Below, piece after piece: positions 1-9,655 of a stretch of DNA of 64,000 nt. Under the pieces are notes generated by a model. That model was not told the origin of the DNA, searched no databases, and saw only the letters and a program-made list of their open reading frames with translations. Source of the DNA: a bacterium (GTDB taxonomy: Bacteria > RBG-13-61-14 > DATKZS01); contig CAXXFL010000001.1 in assembly GCA_963674965.2 (NCBI GenBank), positions 928,001-992,000 of the forward strand. The letters are read 5' to 3'. Position numbers and translations under genes: made by a program. Position 1 is the stretch's first letter; each line of letters opens with the position of its first letter.

Positions 1-1
1 C

Positions 2-1288
2 AGGATCAAGCTGGTTGACGGGGTGTTTCTCGACGCCTACATAAGACCGAGGATCGAGCTCGACGCTCGTGATTTCGAGGGCAAGGGCATGGACCAGTAC
101 TCGACGCTAAGGACCCGGTTGGGCTTCACCTTCGAGAACGTCATCGAGGACGTGACTATTTACGTGGTCTTGGGCGATTCCAGGAGCATGGGTTACTCCG
201 ACCCCTACAATACGGGCAAGCCCATTGGCCCGAACCAGCTTGACGACAACGTGGGAATGGTCGAGGGCTGGATAAGAATTAACCACCTGTTTGTCCAGGG
301 AGATTATCTTCAAGCTGGAAGAATGCAAAACAACCAGGGAAGAAACCGGATTTTCGGACCGGGCAACTGGAGCCATAACGGGCCGCGAACCTACGACGGT
401 ATCAAGGCCGGATACGAAACGGAAAACGTCAAGTTTAACGTCTGGAGTCTCTACGGCCTTAACGGCGACCGCCACTGGTATCCGGACCCAAGCCAACTGC
501 CCAGCTACAAGGCCCCCTACGACGAAATAGACTATAAATACGACCATACCTTGAACGGATTCGACCTGCGCTTTTTCAACGAGGCCCTTCAGTTCCTGGC
601 CTTCCTGGACTATGATCAGGCCATGATCGAGGACGAGACCACCGGGGAGGAAAACCCCGCCTCGGCCCGGTACACGGTCGCCGTGTACGGGGGGTTCAGC
701 GAGGAGGACGACTGGATTGGCGCGGGCGGACTTAGACTTGATATCGACGCGGCCTATCAGTTCGGAACGGTCGGGACCACCGCGGGGGAGGCCGATATTT
801 CGGCCTACTTATTGCTGGCCGACCTGGCCTATTCCTTTGGCGGGCAGTACGCGCCCTGGGCGGGAATAGGACTTGACGTCAGCTCGGGCGACGGCGGCGG
901 CAATAGCAAGGAGGTCCACAACTTTTACGATTACTACTACTCGAGGCATACCTGGCGCGGGAATATGGATTATTTCAAGAACCCCTTCGCCGAGCCCGCG
1001 CTCGGGCTCCAGGCCTACGTCGCCCGAGCCGGCGTAAGTCCGGCCAAGGACCTCTCCATCAAGGCCGACTGCCACTACTTCCGGACCGAGCAGCCCTATG
1101 TTTCGCTGGACGACGGGGAGGACGCCCACGAGCTGGGCGTCGAGCTGGACGTGACCATGGTCTGGAAAATCAGGAAAGGCGTCTCGGCCGAGGGCGGGTT
1201 CGACTTCTTCTGGCCCACCGACGACTGGCAGGGACCGGACGCGGACACGGCCACCTTTATCTACTTCGCCGTCACGGGCAAGGTGTAG
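2..1288 (+). CDS. Alginate-export (AlgE-like) outer-membrane beta-barrel protein, 5'-truncated by the window edge
   Basis: Frame is open back to the window start. Shows an RPRxE N-terminal motif, GRIFGPGNWSHNGPRTYDG, GxELD near the C-terminus and alternating beta-strand patterns. Confidence 0.65.
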   Translation, partial: RIKLVDGVFLDAYIRPRIELDARDFEGKGMDQYSTLRTRLGFTFENVIEDVTIYVVLGDSRSMGYSDPYNTGKPIGPNQLDDNVGMVEGWIRINHLFVQGDYLQAGRMQNNQGRNRIFGPGNWSHNGPRTYDGIKAGYETENVKFNVWSLYGLNGDRHWYPDPSQLPSYKAPYDEIDYKYDHTLNGFDLRFFNEALQFLAFLDYDQAMIEDETTGEENPASARYTVAVYGGFSEEDDWIGAGGLRLDIDAAYQFGTVGTTAGEADISAYLLLADLAYSFGGQYAPWAGIGLDVSSGDGGGNSKEVHNFYDYYYSRHTWRGNMDYFKNPFAEPALGLQAYVARAGVSPAKDLSIKADCHYFRTEQPYVSLDDGEDAHELGVELDVTMVWKIRKGVSAEGGFDFFWPTDDWQGPDADTATFIYFAVTGKV

Positions 1289-1318
1289 GCCCCTGTAAGT
1301 TAAACGATCATGTAGGCC

Positions 1319-1356
1319 GGGCGGCGCGCGGAGGCAGACTTCGCCGCCGCCTTTAG
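1319..1356 (+). terminator. Probable intrinsic terminator
   Basis: GGCGGCG...CGCCGCC stem followed by TTTAGCTTT, just after the porin stop. Confidence 0.45.
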
Positions 1357-1418
1357 CTTTCTTGCCAAATCGATTCCGCTCTCATACAATCAGGAAAACC
1401 TCGAGGAAGGAGACAAAG

Positions 1419-3188
1419 GTGAACGTAGCCACGATCGATTGGGCGATAATAGCGCTTTATTTCGCGGCGGCCCTGGCCATCGGCCTTTATTTTTCCAGGC
1501 GCGCCGGCAAGAACATCTCCGAGTTCTTCGGCGCCGGGCGAAAACTGCCCTGGTGGCTGGCGGGTACCAGCATGGTGGCCACCACCTTCGCCGCCGACAC
1601 GCCCCTCGCCGTGACCGAGCTGGTTTACAAGCACGGCGTGGCCGGCAACTGGCTGTGGTGGAACTTCGTGGCCTCGGGCGTGCTCACGGTCTTCTTCTAC
1701 GCCCGCCTCTGGAGACGCGTCGGCGTTCTTACCGACGTCGAGTTCGCCGAGATAAGATACGGGGGCAAACCGGCGGCCGTGCTTCGAGGCTTTCGCGCCG
1801 TTTACCTGGGCGTCATCATCAACTCGATCATCATGGGCTGGGTCATATCGGCCATGGGCACCATCGTCGAGGTGTCCCTCGGCGTGGACAGGTGGATCGC
1901 CATCAGCGCCTGCCTCGTCATCACGGCCCTATACGCAGGCATGAGCGGGTTGTGGGGCGTGGTGGTGACCGACTTCTTCCAGTTCGGCATGGCCATGGCC
2001 GGCTCCATACTCCTGGCCGTCTTCAGCCTGGGGGCCGTGGGAGGAGTGGACGGACTCAAAGCGAGACTCATCGAGAAGCTGGGCTCGGGCCAGGAAGCCG
2101 ACGCCTTCCTATCCGTGGTCCCTCCCGTGGGCTCGAGCTGGATGCCGGCCATACTCTTCTTCGGTTACATCGGTGTACAGTGGTGGGCCTCATGGTATCC
2201 GGGCGCCGAGCCCGGCGGCGGAGGCTACGTTGCCCAGCGCATGTTCAGCGCCAAGGATGAAAAGCACTCCCTCCTGGCCACCCTCTGGTTCAACGTGGCC
2301 CACTACGCCGTGCGGCCCTGGCCCTGGGTGCTCACGGCCCTGGTCGCCGTGGTGCTCTTTCCCAACCTGGAAAAGCCCGGGGAAGGTTACGTCAAGATGA
2401 TGATCCAGCATTTGCCGCCGGGCGTGCTCGGCCTTATGCTCGCCGCCATGGCCGCGGCCTTCATGTCCACCATATCCACCCAGATCAACTGGGGAGGCTC
2501 CTATCTGGTTAGCGACTTTTACAAACGATTCCTCGTGCCCGACGCTGATGACTCCCATTACGTTACCGTCTCCAGGGTCGTTACCGTCATCCTCATGGTA
2601 TTGGGAGGCATCGTGGGCTTCGCCATGCAGTCCGTCAGCGGCGGATGGGAATTCCTGCTCACCATCGGGGCGGGGACCGGACTCGTGCTTATCCTCAGAT
2701 GGTTCTGGTGGCGGATTAACGCCTGGTCCGAAATATCGAGCATGATCGCCGCTCTTGCCGTTTCCTCGCTCCTTCTGGCCATGAAAAAACTCGAGATTTT
2801 CGCCTTCCCCGAAAACTCGGCCTTCGCCTTCGAGCTTATGATTACCGTTGCCTTCACCACCGTGGTCTGGGTAGCGGTCACTATTGCCACCGGGCCGGAG
2901 GACGACGAGGTGCTGGACGGTTTCTATCGACGCGCCCGGCCGGCCGGGCCTGGATGGGGACCTTCCCGAGAGCGGCAAAAGGACGTGGCCATTACCGACG
3001 ACCTCCTTTTTTCCTTTTTGGACTGGGTAGCTGGATGCGCGCTGATTTACTCGGTCCTCTTTGGAGCGGGAGAGCTTATCCTCGGCTACTGGATGAAGGG
3101 GGCCATTCTCATGGCCGTCGCGGCCGCTGCCGCCGGCTTCATCTATTGGGACCTCTCAAGAAGGGGATGGGAAAGCGTGGCAAAATAG
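1419..3188 (+). CDS. Sodium:solute symporter (SSS) family protein
   Basis: About 13 TM helices, FFGAGRKLPWW, AAFMSTIST. The GTG start at 1419 follows an AAGGAG RBS (the ORF track starts at 1362). Confidence 0.9.
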   Translation: MNVATIDWAIIALYFAAALAIGLYFSRRAGKNISEFFGAGRKLPWWLAGTSMVATTFAADTPLAVTELVYKHGVAGNWLWWNFVASGVLTVFFYARLWRRVGVLTDVEFAEIRYGGKPAAVLRGFRAVYLGVIINSIIMGWVISAMGTIVEVSLGVDRWIAISACLVITALYAGMSGLWGVVVTDFFQFGMAMAGSILLAVFSLGAVGGVDGLKARLIEKLGSGQEADAFLSVVPPVGSSWMPAILFFGYIGVQWWASWYPGAEPGGGGYVAQRMFSAKDEKHSLLATLWFNVAHYAVRPWPWVLTALVAVVLFPNLEKPGEGYVKMMIQHLPPGVLGLMLAAMAAAFMSTISTQINWGGSYLVSDFYKRFLVPDADDSHYVTVSRVVTVILMVLGGIVGFAMQSVSGGWEFLLTIGAGTGLVLILRWFWWRINAWSEISSMIAALAVSSLLLAMKKLEIFAFPENSAFAFELMITVAFTTVVWVAVTIATGPEDDEVLDGFYRRARPAGPGWGPSRERQKDVAITDDLLFSFLDWVAGCALIYSVLFGAGELILGYWMKGAILMAVAAAAAGFIYWDLSRRGWESVAK

Positions 3189-3244
3189 CGATCGAGAAAA
3201 AAGGAAACCTTTCCCGTTCGCGTGTATATTTAATAACTGTATAT

Positions 3245-3366
3245 GGGGTATCCCACGTAGCTCAGCTATGTGGGCGGCGCCGGCCGCGGGTTTAGAATGG
3301 AATAAGTCATAAGAACTCCATCCCGCGCCTCACGTCGCTTTGATGGCAAGCCGTCCGGGTTACCCC
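3245..3366 (+). ncRNA. Unassigned highly structured RNA element (sRNA or 5' leader)
   Basis: Nested stems forming a three-way junction. The G-U pairs are only compatible with the + strand (see findings). Confidence 0.45.
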
Positions 3367-3405
3367 GCGTAATATACTCAATTTAAAAAATTCCGGAGGT
3401 AATCC

Positions 3406-4740
3406 ATGTCCTTTAAAAAGCGCCTGACATTTTTTATCGCGTTCCTTACCCTCGTCATATCTCCTTGTATCGCCTCCGCGGGAAGCTTCACGGCCGGCGC
3501 CGCCTCGGTGGATATCACGCCGGACCTGACGAGGATGAAGGTCCCCTCCTCGGGCTACGGGGACCGGGGCAAGGCCCCCATGGAGGGCGTTCACGACCCG
3601 GTCCACTGCAAGGCCCTGGTGGTAAGCGACGGCCAGGGCTCGGCCGCCATCGTGACCTGCGACCTCATCGGCGTCTCGCCCGACCTGAGAAGGAAGGTGG
3701 TGGACAAGCTGTCCGGCTCGATCGTCGGAGCCGAGAACCTGATGATGACCGCCAGCCACACCCATTCCGGCCCCGGGGCCATGCAGGACAACGTTATCGC
3801 CAACCTGGTCTTCGGAAAATACAACGAGGCGCTGACGGACAAGACCGCCGAGCTTATCGCGGGGGCCATCAGGAAGGCCGAGAGCGAGATGGTACCGGCG
3901 GCGGTCAAGGCGGGAACGGCCGACGTCCTGGACGTGACCAGGAACCGGCGCGATCCGGCCATGTCCTATAATTATCTTACGAGAAGGTTCAATGACTCCT
4001 ATGACTCGAAAAACCCGGAGAACCTGGTCGATCCTCAGGTTACGGTCCTGCTCGTCGAGAGCGAGGACGGGCGTCCCATCGCGGTGCTTTTCAACTTCGC
4101 CACTCACGGCACCGTGCTCGGGTCGAGCAACATGCTCATCTCCGCCGACTGGCCGGGGGTGACGCAAAGGACGATCGAGGCAACATATCCCGGCGCGGTG
4201 GCCTTGTTCGTTAACGGCGCCATCGGCGACCAGGCCCCCGCCATGATAAAAGGTGACGATATCGACGACTTCGAGTACCTCGAGGTCATTGGGAACAAGG
4301 TGGCTAAAGGAGTGGCCCGGGCGATCGATAACGCCGCGCCGATCGAGGCCACGCCCGTCTCGAGCGTCTTCTGGAAGCGGGCCGTGCCTCCGGGCAAGAA
4401 CGCCTCGGTCGAGGGCATCATGGTCCCGAGCTGGTTCGTCAAGGCCAACTTCCCGAGCGTGCCTCTCCAGACGATCAGGATGGGCGACGCGGCCCTGATG
4501 GGGGTCCCCGTCGAGATGGTGTCCGAGATCGGACTGGCCATGAAGAGCGGGGCCAAAGGACACGGAGTCAAATACCCGATCGTGGCGGGTCTCGCCAACG
4601 ATATCTTTTTTTATTGCGCCACCGCCGAGGATTTTTCCCAGGGCGGCTACGAGGTGGGACTGACCATTTACGGCGAGATCGAGGCGGGCATGCTCATCGG
4701 AGAGCAGATGCTCATGGTGGGGAAACTCATGCGGGATTGA
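3406..4740 (+). CDS. Secreted neutral/alkaline ceramidase family protein
   Basis: Signal peptide, GAASVDITP, VHDPVHCKALV, ASHTHSGPG, NFATHGT, GGYE. GGAGG RBS. Confidence 0.85.
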   Translation: MSFKKRLTFFIAFLTLVISPCIASAGSFTAGAASVDITPDLTRMKVPSSGYGDRGKAPMEGVHDPVHCKALVVSDGQGSAAIVTCDLIGVSPDLRRKVVDKLSGSIVGAENLMMTASHTHSGPGAMQDNVIANLVFGKYNEALTDKTAELIAGAIRKAESEMVPAAVKAGTADVLDVTRNRRDPAMSYNYLTRRFNDSYDSKNPENLVDPQVTVLLVESEDGRPIAVLFNFATHGTVLGSSNMLISADWPGVTQRTIEATYPGAVALFVNGAIGDQAPAMIKGDDIDDFEYLEVIGNKVAKGVARAIDNAAPIEATPVSSVFWKRAVPPGKNASVEGIMVPSWFVKANFPSVPLQTIRMGDAALMGVPVEMVSEIGLAMKSGAKGHGVKYPIVAGLANDIFFYCATAEDFSQGGYEVGLTIYGEIEAGMLIGEQMLMVGKLMRD

Positions 4741-4782
4741 GCGACCTTATTCGCGTTTTAACTTTCTTAGAGAGGACCGGAC

Positions 4783-6357
4783 ATGAAAAAAATCAGGCCG
4801 CTTGGCGTTATTGTTTTGTTAATGGCTACCCTTATGGCCCTGGGCTGCGAGACGAAAGAGGAAAAATACGAGACCATGCACGCCCGGACCCTGCGGCTTA
4901 TCGAGAGCCGGGACATGGACAAGGCCCTCGAGTCCGCCCGGGCCGAGCTCGAGTTCGCCAAGACCGAGTTCGGAGAGGAGCACGAGAATTTTCTTAGGTC
5001 ACTCATGACCATGGGCGACGCCCACCGGTTGAGCGGGAGCGTGACTCTGGCCGAGTCCGCCTACAAGAGCGTTATCCTGGCCCGGGAGAAGGCGGGCGAG
5101 TCCGGCAGGAACGGTCTTATCGAGGTCCTCGACGCCCTGGGCCGCATGTATTATTCGCGCTCGAGGTTCGCCGAGGCGGCCCCCTTATTCAAGCGCTCCC
5201 TGGCCCTCAAGGAGGCCGCCTACGGGAAGAACGATCCACGCGTGACCGACTCGATAAACGATCTGGCCGCGCTTTATCGGCTCATCGGAAAGAAAGCCGA
5301 GGCCAACGCCCTTTTAAACCGCGCGCTCGAGATACGGACGGCCAAGCTCGGTGAGAACGACCCCGAGGTGGCCGAGACGCTCAACAACATGGCCGTTCTC
5401 TACTATGAAGGCGGTGATTATAAAAAGGCCGAGGAGCTGCTCACCCGCTCGATCGCCATAAAGGAGAAGGCGCTGGGCGAAAACGATCCCGAGCTGGTCC
5501 CCATGCTCAGGAACCTTGCCCGGATCAATTTGGGTCTGGGCAGGCCCGAGGAGGCCGAGGCCTTTGGACAGAGGATGCTCGAGATACAGGCAAGCGCCTT
5601 TGGAGCCAAGTCTCCCGAGACGGCCATGGCCATGGCCGACCTGGGCACCATTTTTTTCGCGGAGAAAAAAATCGACAAGGCCGAGACCTATTTTATAAAC
5701 GGGATGCGCATGTTCGAGGAGACGGGAAACAGGGAAACGCCTGACATGGCCGCGACCCTGAATAACCTTGCCCTGTTGAATAAGACGAAGGGAGATCTGG
5801 ACAGGGCCATCGAGTTTTATACCGCCGCCACGCTTATCATGCAAAAGACCATGAGCGCCGACAGCCTCGAGCTGGCCCACGCCGTGAACAACCTGGCCGA
5901 GGCGCACATGGCCAAGGGAGAGATGGACAAGGCGGAGGAATACTTTCGCCAGGCCCTGGCCATCAAGGAAAAGGGAGCGGGACCACGCCACTTCGAGACG
6001 GCCCTTACCATGAGCAAGCTCGCCTCGGTCCTGGCCAAAAAGGGAGAACGCGAGGAGGCGAGAAAATACCTCGAGAAGGCCCGGGAAATAATGGCCGCCT
6101 CGGTGGGGCCCGATCACGTCTACTCGGCCCAGATTCTCAACAACCTTGGCCACCTGGCCAATGACGAGAAGGATTACAAGAAAGCGGAGGAACTCTACCA
6201 AAAGGCGCTGGATATAATAATCAAGTCCGGCTCCGAAAAGGACCAGCGCGCCCTGGACGTCATGCGCAACCTGCGCATGCTTTACGTCGAGTCGGGTGAC
6301 GATAAAAAGGCCGACGAGATGAAGGCGCGCATGGAGTCCGCCGCCGCCGGCGGCTGA
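4783..6357 (+). CDS. TPR-repeat lipoprotein (kinesin-light-chain-like 42-aa TPRs)
   Basis: Lipobox ALGC and repeated 'A.TLNNLA.L....G.Y..AE.L...AL.I.EK.LG..P' units. Confidence 0.85.
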   Translation: MKKIRPLGVIVLLMATLMALGCETKEEKYETMHARTLRLIESRDMDKALESARAELEFAKTEFGEEHENFLRSLMTMGDAHRLSGSVTLAESAYKSVILAREKAGESGRNGLIEVLDALGRMYYSRSRFAEAAPLFKRSLALKEAAYGKNDPRVTDSINDLAALYRLIGKKAEANALLNRALEIRTAKLGENDPEVAETLNNMAVLYYEGGDYKKAEELLTRSIAIKEKALGENDPELVPMLRNLARINLGLGRPEEAEAFGQRMLEIQASAFGAKSPETAMAMADLGTIFFAEKKIDKAETYFINGMRMFEETGNRETPDMAATLNNLALLNKTKGDLDRAIEFYTAATLIMQKTMSADSLELAHAVNNLAEAHMAKGEMDKAEEYFRQALAIKEKGAGPRHFETALTMSKLASVLAKKGEREEARKYLEKAREIMAASVGPDHVYSAQILNNLGHLANDEKDYKKAEELYQKALDIIIKSGSEKDQRALDVMRNLRMLYVESGDDKKADEMKARMESAAAGG

Positions 6358-6481
6358 CCCCGTCTTCTACCTGAGGTTCAGCCCCGAGCTCATCCGTTTG
6401 AATCGATGTATCGAGTTATATCATAACTCCCGGCCCGTCATGGACATAATCCCGATGATGATGTAAAAAAATAATACCGTC

Positions 6482-7123
6482 ATGAAGATCAAACGTCACG
6501 TGGTCGGACTTTTACAGACCAACTGTTACGTCGTATGGGACGAGCTTTCGGGCGAGGCCATGGTGGTCGACCCGGGCGGCGACTCGGCGAAAATCCTGGC
6601 AACCGTACGGGAGAAGCGGCTCGCTCTTAGAAGGATCATGCTCACTCACGGGCACCGGGACCACACGGGCGCCGCGTCGGCGGTCAGACGGAAGACGGGC
6701 GCGGCCATCTATCGTCATCCGGGCGACCTGGGCGGCGGTTTTCTGCATAAAGTCCCCAAGGCCGACGATGAGACGGTGTTCGATCTTGAGGACGGCGACG
6801 AGTTCAAGGTGGGCAAGATCCGGTTCGAGGTCATCCATACTCCCGGCCACTCGAGGGGCAGCGTGAGTTTTTATACCCCCGGCGCCCTATTCGGCGGGGA
6901 CCTTTTATTCCAGGGGTCGGCGGGCCGTTTCGGCCTGAAGGGCGGGAGCTTTCGCGAACTGGTAAAGTCGCTGGAGGAGCGCATAGCTCGAGTTCCCGAC
7001 GAGACGGTGGTGTATCCGGGCCACGGTCCCGCGACGACATTATACGAGGAAAGGCGGACGAACCCTTTTTTCAAGGACGCCAGGGAATTGAAAAAGCAAT
7101 ACTTAGAGGGAAGGCTGAAATAG
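6482..7123 (+). CDS. MBL-fold metallohydrolase (glyoxalase II-like)
   Basis: TNCY, THGHRDH, HTPGHS, GD, PGHG motifs. Confidence 0.9.
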   Translation: MKIKRHVVGLLQTNCYVVWDELSGEAMVVDPGGDSAKILATVREKRLALRRIMLTHGHRDHTGAASAVRRKTGAAIYRHPGDLGGGFLHKVPKADDETVFDLEDGDEFKVGKIRFEVIHTPGHSRGSVSFYTPGALFGGDLLFQGSAGRFGLKGGSFRELVKSLEERIARVPDETVVYPGHGPATTLYEERRTNPFFKDARELKKQYLEGRLK

Positions 7124-7125
7124 TC

Positions 7126-9156
7126 ATGGCGAAGAAGTCCAGGAAAAAGGCGGCGGCCAGGGAGGCGGAAAACAAGATCGAGCGCTCTCCCGTCCAGTCC
7201 GCGCCCGCGGCGGCGCCCGAGCCTTTCGCCTGGGAGCGGCGCCACACGGTCATATCTTTGTCCTTCATCCTTACTGCAAGCCTGGTAGTCGGGATTATCG
7301 CGGTCATTCAGTTCATGCAAAGCCCCTTTTTCAACCTGCCCATCATCGACGAGGAAAGCTACGTGACCTGGGGCAAGGAAATCGCGGGCGGGAACATATG
7401 GGGCGATAAAATTTTCTACCAGGACCCACTCTACCCATACTTCATCGGGCTTGTCTTTTCCATCTTCGGCGAGAGCCACGCGGCGCTCCGGCTGGCGCAG
7501 GTTTTGATGGGTACCGCCGCCGTGGCCGTTACTTACTGGGCGGCCATGAAGCTGATGGGGGAGAGGCGGGCCCTCTTGGCGGCTTGCGTTATGGCGTCCT
7601 ATCGCGGGCTTTATTTTTTTGAGATACTCCTCCTCAAGGCCACCATGGTCATCCTCTTCTCCGCCCTTTGCGTTGCCCTGGGAGTGGCCGCCGCCGACCG
7701 CCCGGAGAGGAAGAAAAGATGGCTCGCCCTTGGGTTGTGTCTTGGCCTGTTGACCCTTTTGCGCGGGAACTTTCAGGCCCTAATCCCCTTCGTCATCGCC
7801 TGGTCCTTTTTCTTCAGGTGGAAGGACGCGGCCAAGGTCAGGCTGACAAGGGCGGCATTGGTGACGGCCGGTCTCTTCCTGATCTTCGTTCCCGTGACCC
7901 TTCGCAACTACGCGGTGGGCGGAGAGTTCGTGCTGACCACCAGCCAGGGGGGGGCCAACTTTTTCATCGGCAACAATGAAAGGGCCAACGGCCGGTACGC
8001 TACCCTTCCCTTCGTCCGGGCCAACCCGAAGTGGGAATCTATGGACTTCGAGGCCGAGGCCAAGAAGCGCTCGGGCGTCAAGGAAATGTCCCCTTCCCAG
8101 GTCAGCGGCTTCTGGTTCAAGGAAAGTTTTGACTGGATCGCAAAAAACCCGGGCAAGGCCCTGAAGCTTACGCTTTTCAAGGCCCGGCTGATGATCCATC
8201 AGCACGAGATACCCGACAACCACAGCTTTTATTTGACGAGGGACCTTTTCGTTCCGGCCTTCTGGCTTCCCGTTCTGGGCTTCGGGCTTTTGTGGGGACC
8301 CGCCCTGATAGGCGTCGTGGCGGCGGCGAAGAAGGACGACAAGTATTGGTTTCCCGCGCTGTTCGCGGTCCTTTACGCGGGATCGATCATACCTTTTTTC
8401 ATCGTCAGCCGTTACCGTTTGGCGGTGGTTCCCTCCCTGGCCATCTTCTCCGCTTACTTTGTGTTCTGGGTCAGGGAGAAGATCAAGTCCCGCGAATACA
8501 AGTGGCCGGCCGCGGCCGTTCCCTTCCTGGCGCTCTCGCTCTGGCTCGGGTTTGGGCCCACCTCGGTCAGCACCGCGCCCATGGGCATGGAGTATTACCT
8601 GCTCGGCAACGGCTACCTGAAGACGGACCATCCAGCCGAGGCCATCCCCTGGTACGACAAGGCCCACGCCGCCTTGCCCAATAACGCGGACATAATGCGC
8701 AACCGGTCCGAGGCCATGCTCCGCGTGAACTCGACCGACCTTCGGGGCATCGTTGACGAGCTTAACTCTGGCCCCAAAACGGCGGAGGACCTTCTCGATC
8801 TGGCCCGGCGGACCGAGCAGGCCGGTCAGACGAGAATGGCGATCAAGATTTACGAGCTGGCCCTTAGTAAGGACCCCAAAATGTTCTCGCCCCACGCCCG
8901 GCTGGGTTATCTTTACACCACGGCCGTCGAGGCGAGAGACCTGGATAAAGCCGTCAAACATATGAAGGCGGCCCTCGAGTTGAGGCCCGACGACCTGGAC
9001 ACCATGAACGCCATGGGCAACGTGCTTTTGACCGTGGGCGACACGGTCCAGGCCAAGGAATATTATCAAAGGATACTGGCCATCAATCCGAATTATGAGG
9101 CGGCCAGGAAGAACATCTCCGTCATCGAGGCCGGCTCGAGCGGCGGCGATGAATAA
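7126..9156 (+). CDS. GT-C/PMT-like (GT39-like) membrane glycosyltransferase with C-terminal TPRs
   Basis: DE motif after TM1 (IIDEESY), PLYPYF, many TMs, NFFIGNN, RYR, and TPR repeats at the C-terminus. Confidence 0.75.
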   Translation: MAKKSRKKAAAREAENKIERSPVQSAPAAAPEPFAWERRHTVISLSFILTASLVVGIIAVIQFMQSPFFNLPIIDEESYVTWGKEIAGGNIWGDKIFYQDPLYPYFIGLVFSIFGESHAALRLAQVLMGTAAVAVTYWAAMKLMGERRALLAACVMASYRGLYFFEILLLKATMVILFSALCVALGVAAADRPERKKRWLALGLCLGLLTLLRGNFQALIPFVIAWSFFFRWKDAAKVRLTRAALVTAGLFLIFVPVTLRNYAVGGEFVLTTSQGGANFFIGNNERANGRYATLPFVRANPKWESMDFEAEAKKRSGVKEMSPSQVSGFWFKESFDWIAKNPGKALKLTLFKARLMIHQHEIPDNHSFYLTRDLFVPAFWLPVLGFGLLWGPALIGVVAAAKKDDKYWFPALFAVLYAGSIIPFFIVSRYRLAVVPSLAIFSAYFVFWVREKIKSREYKWPAAAVPFLALSLWLGFGPTSVSTAPMGMEYYLLGNGYLKTDHPAEAIPWYDKAHAALPNNADIMRNRSEAMLRVNSTDLRGIVDELNSGPKTAEDLLDLARRTEQAGQTRMAIKIYELALSKDPKMFSPHARLGYLYTTAVEARDLDKAVKHMKAALELRPDDLDTMNAMGNVLLTVGDTVQAKEYYQRILAINPNYEAARKNISVIEAGSSGGDE

Positions 9157-9172
9157 AGAAAGGGAGGGCGAG

Positions 9173-9649
9173 ATGAACAAGGACGAGGCCATGAAAGTGC
9201 TGGGCCAGGCGGTGTACGGCTGTTATTTGCTCGGGGTCTCCGCCGGCGGGAAAAACAACGGCATGCCCCTTTCCCTCTTCATGCAGGTGGGGTTCGACCC
9301 GCCCATGGTCGCCTGCGGCGTCTCGCCTAAGCGACGCACTCACGGCATGGTCAAGGAGGCGGGCAAGTTCTCGGTGATCTTTCTTCGGAGCGACCAGGCC
9401 GAGTTGGTAACGAGGTTCAAGCTGAAAGGCGACGACCCCGGCCAAAAGTTCGAGGGACTGGATTGGAAGCCGGGCGAGAACGGCGCGCCGCTTTTGGACG
9501 ACTGCCTGGGCTTCATCGAGTGCGACCTGGCCATGGAACTCGAGCCGGGCGACCATGCCCTTTTCGTGGGGACCGTCACCAGGGCAACGATAGTCAAGGC
9601 GGGAGAGCTACTTACCATCCAGCATTTGAACAAGCACTACGCCGGCTGA
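9173..9649 (+). CDS. Flavin reductase-like FMN-binding protein
   Basis: QVGFDPP, GAPLLDDCLGFIEC, GDHALFVG. ATG at 9173 follows GGAGG. Confidence 0.85.
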   Translation: MNKDEAMKVLGQAVYGCYLLGVSAGGKNNGMPLSLFMQVGFDPPMVACGVSPKRRTHGMVKEAGKFSVIFLRSDQAELVTRFKLKGDDPGQKFEGLDWKPGENGAPLLDDCLGFIECDLAMELEPGDHALFVGTVTRATIVKAGELLTIQHLNKHYAG

Positions 9650-9655
9650 GCCGGT

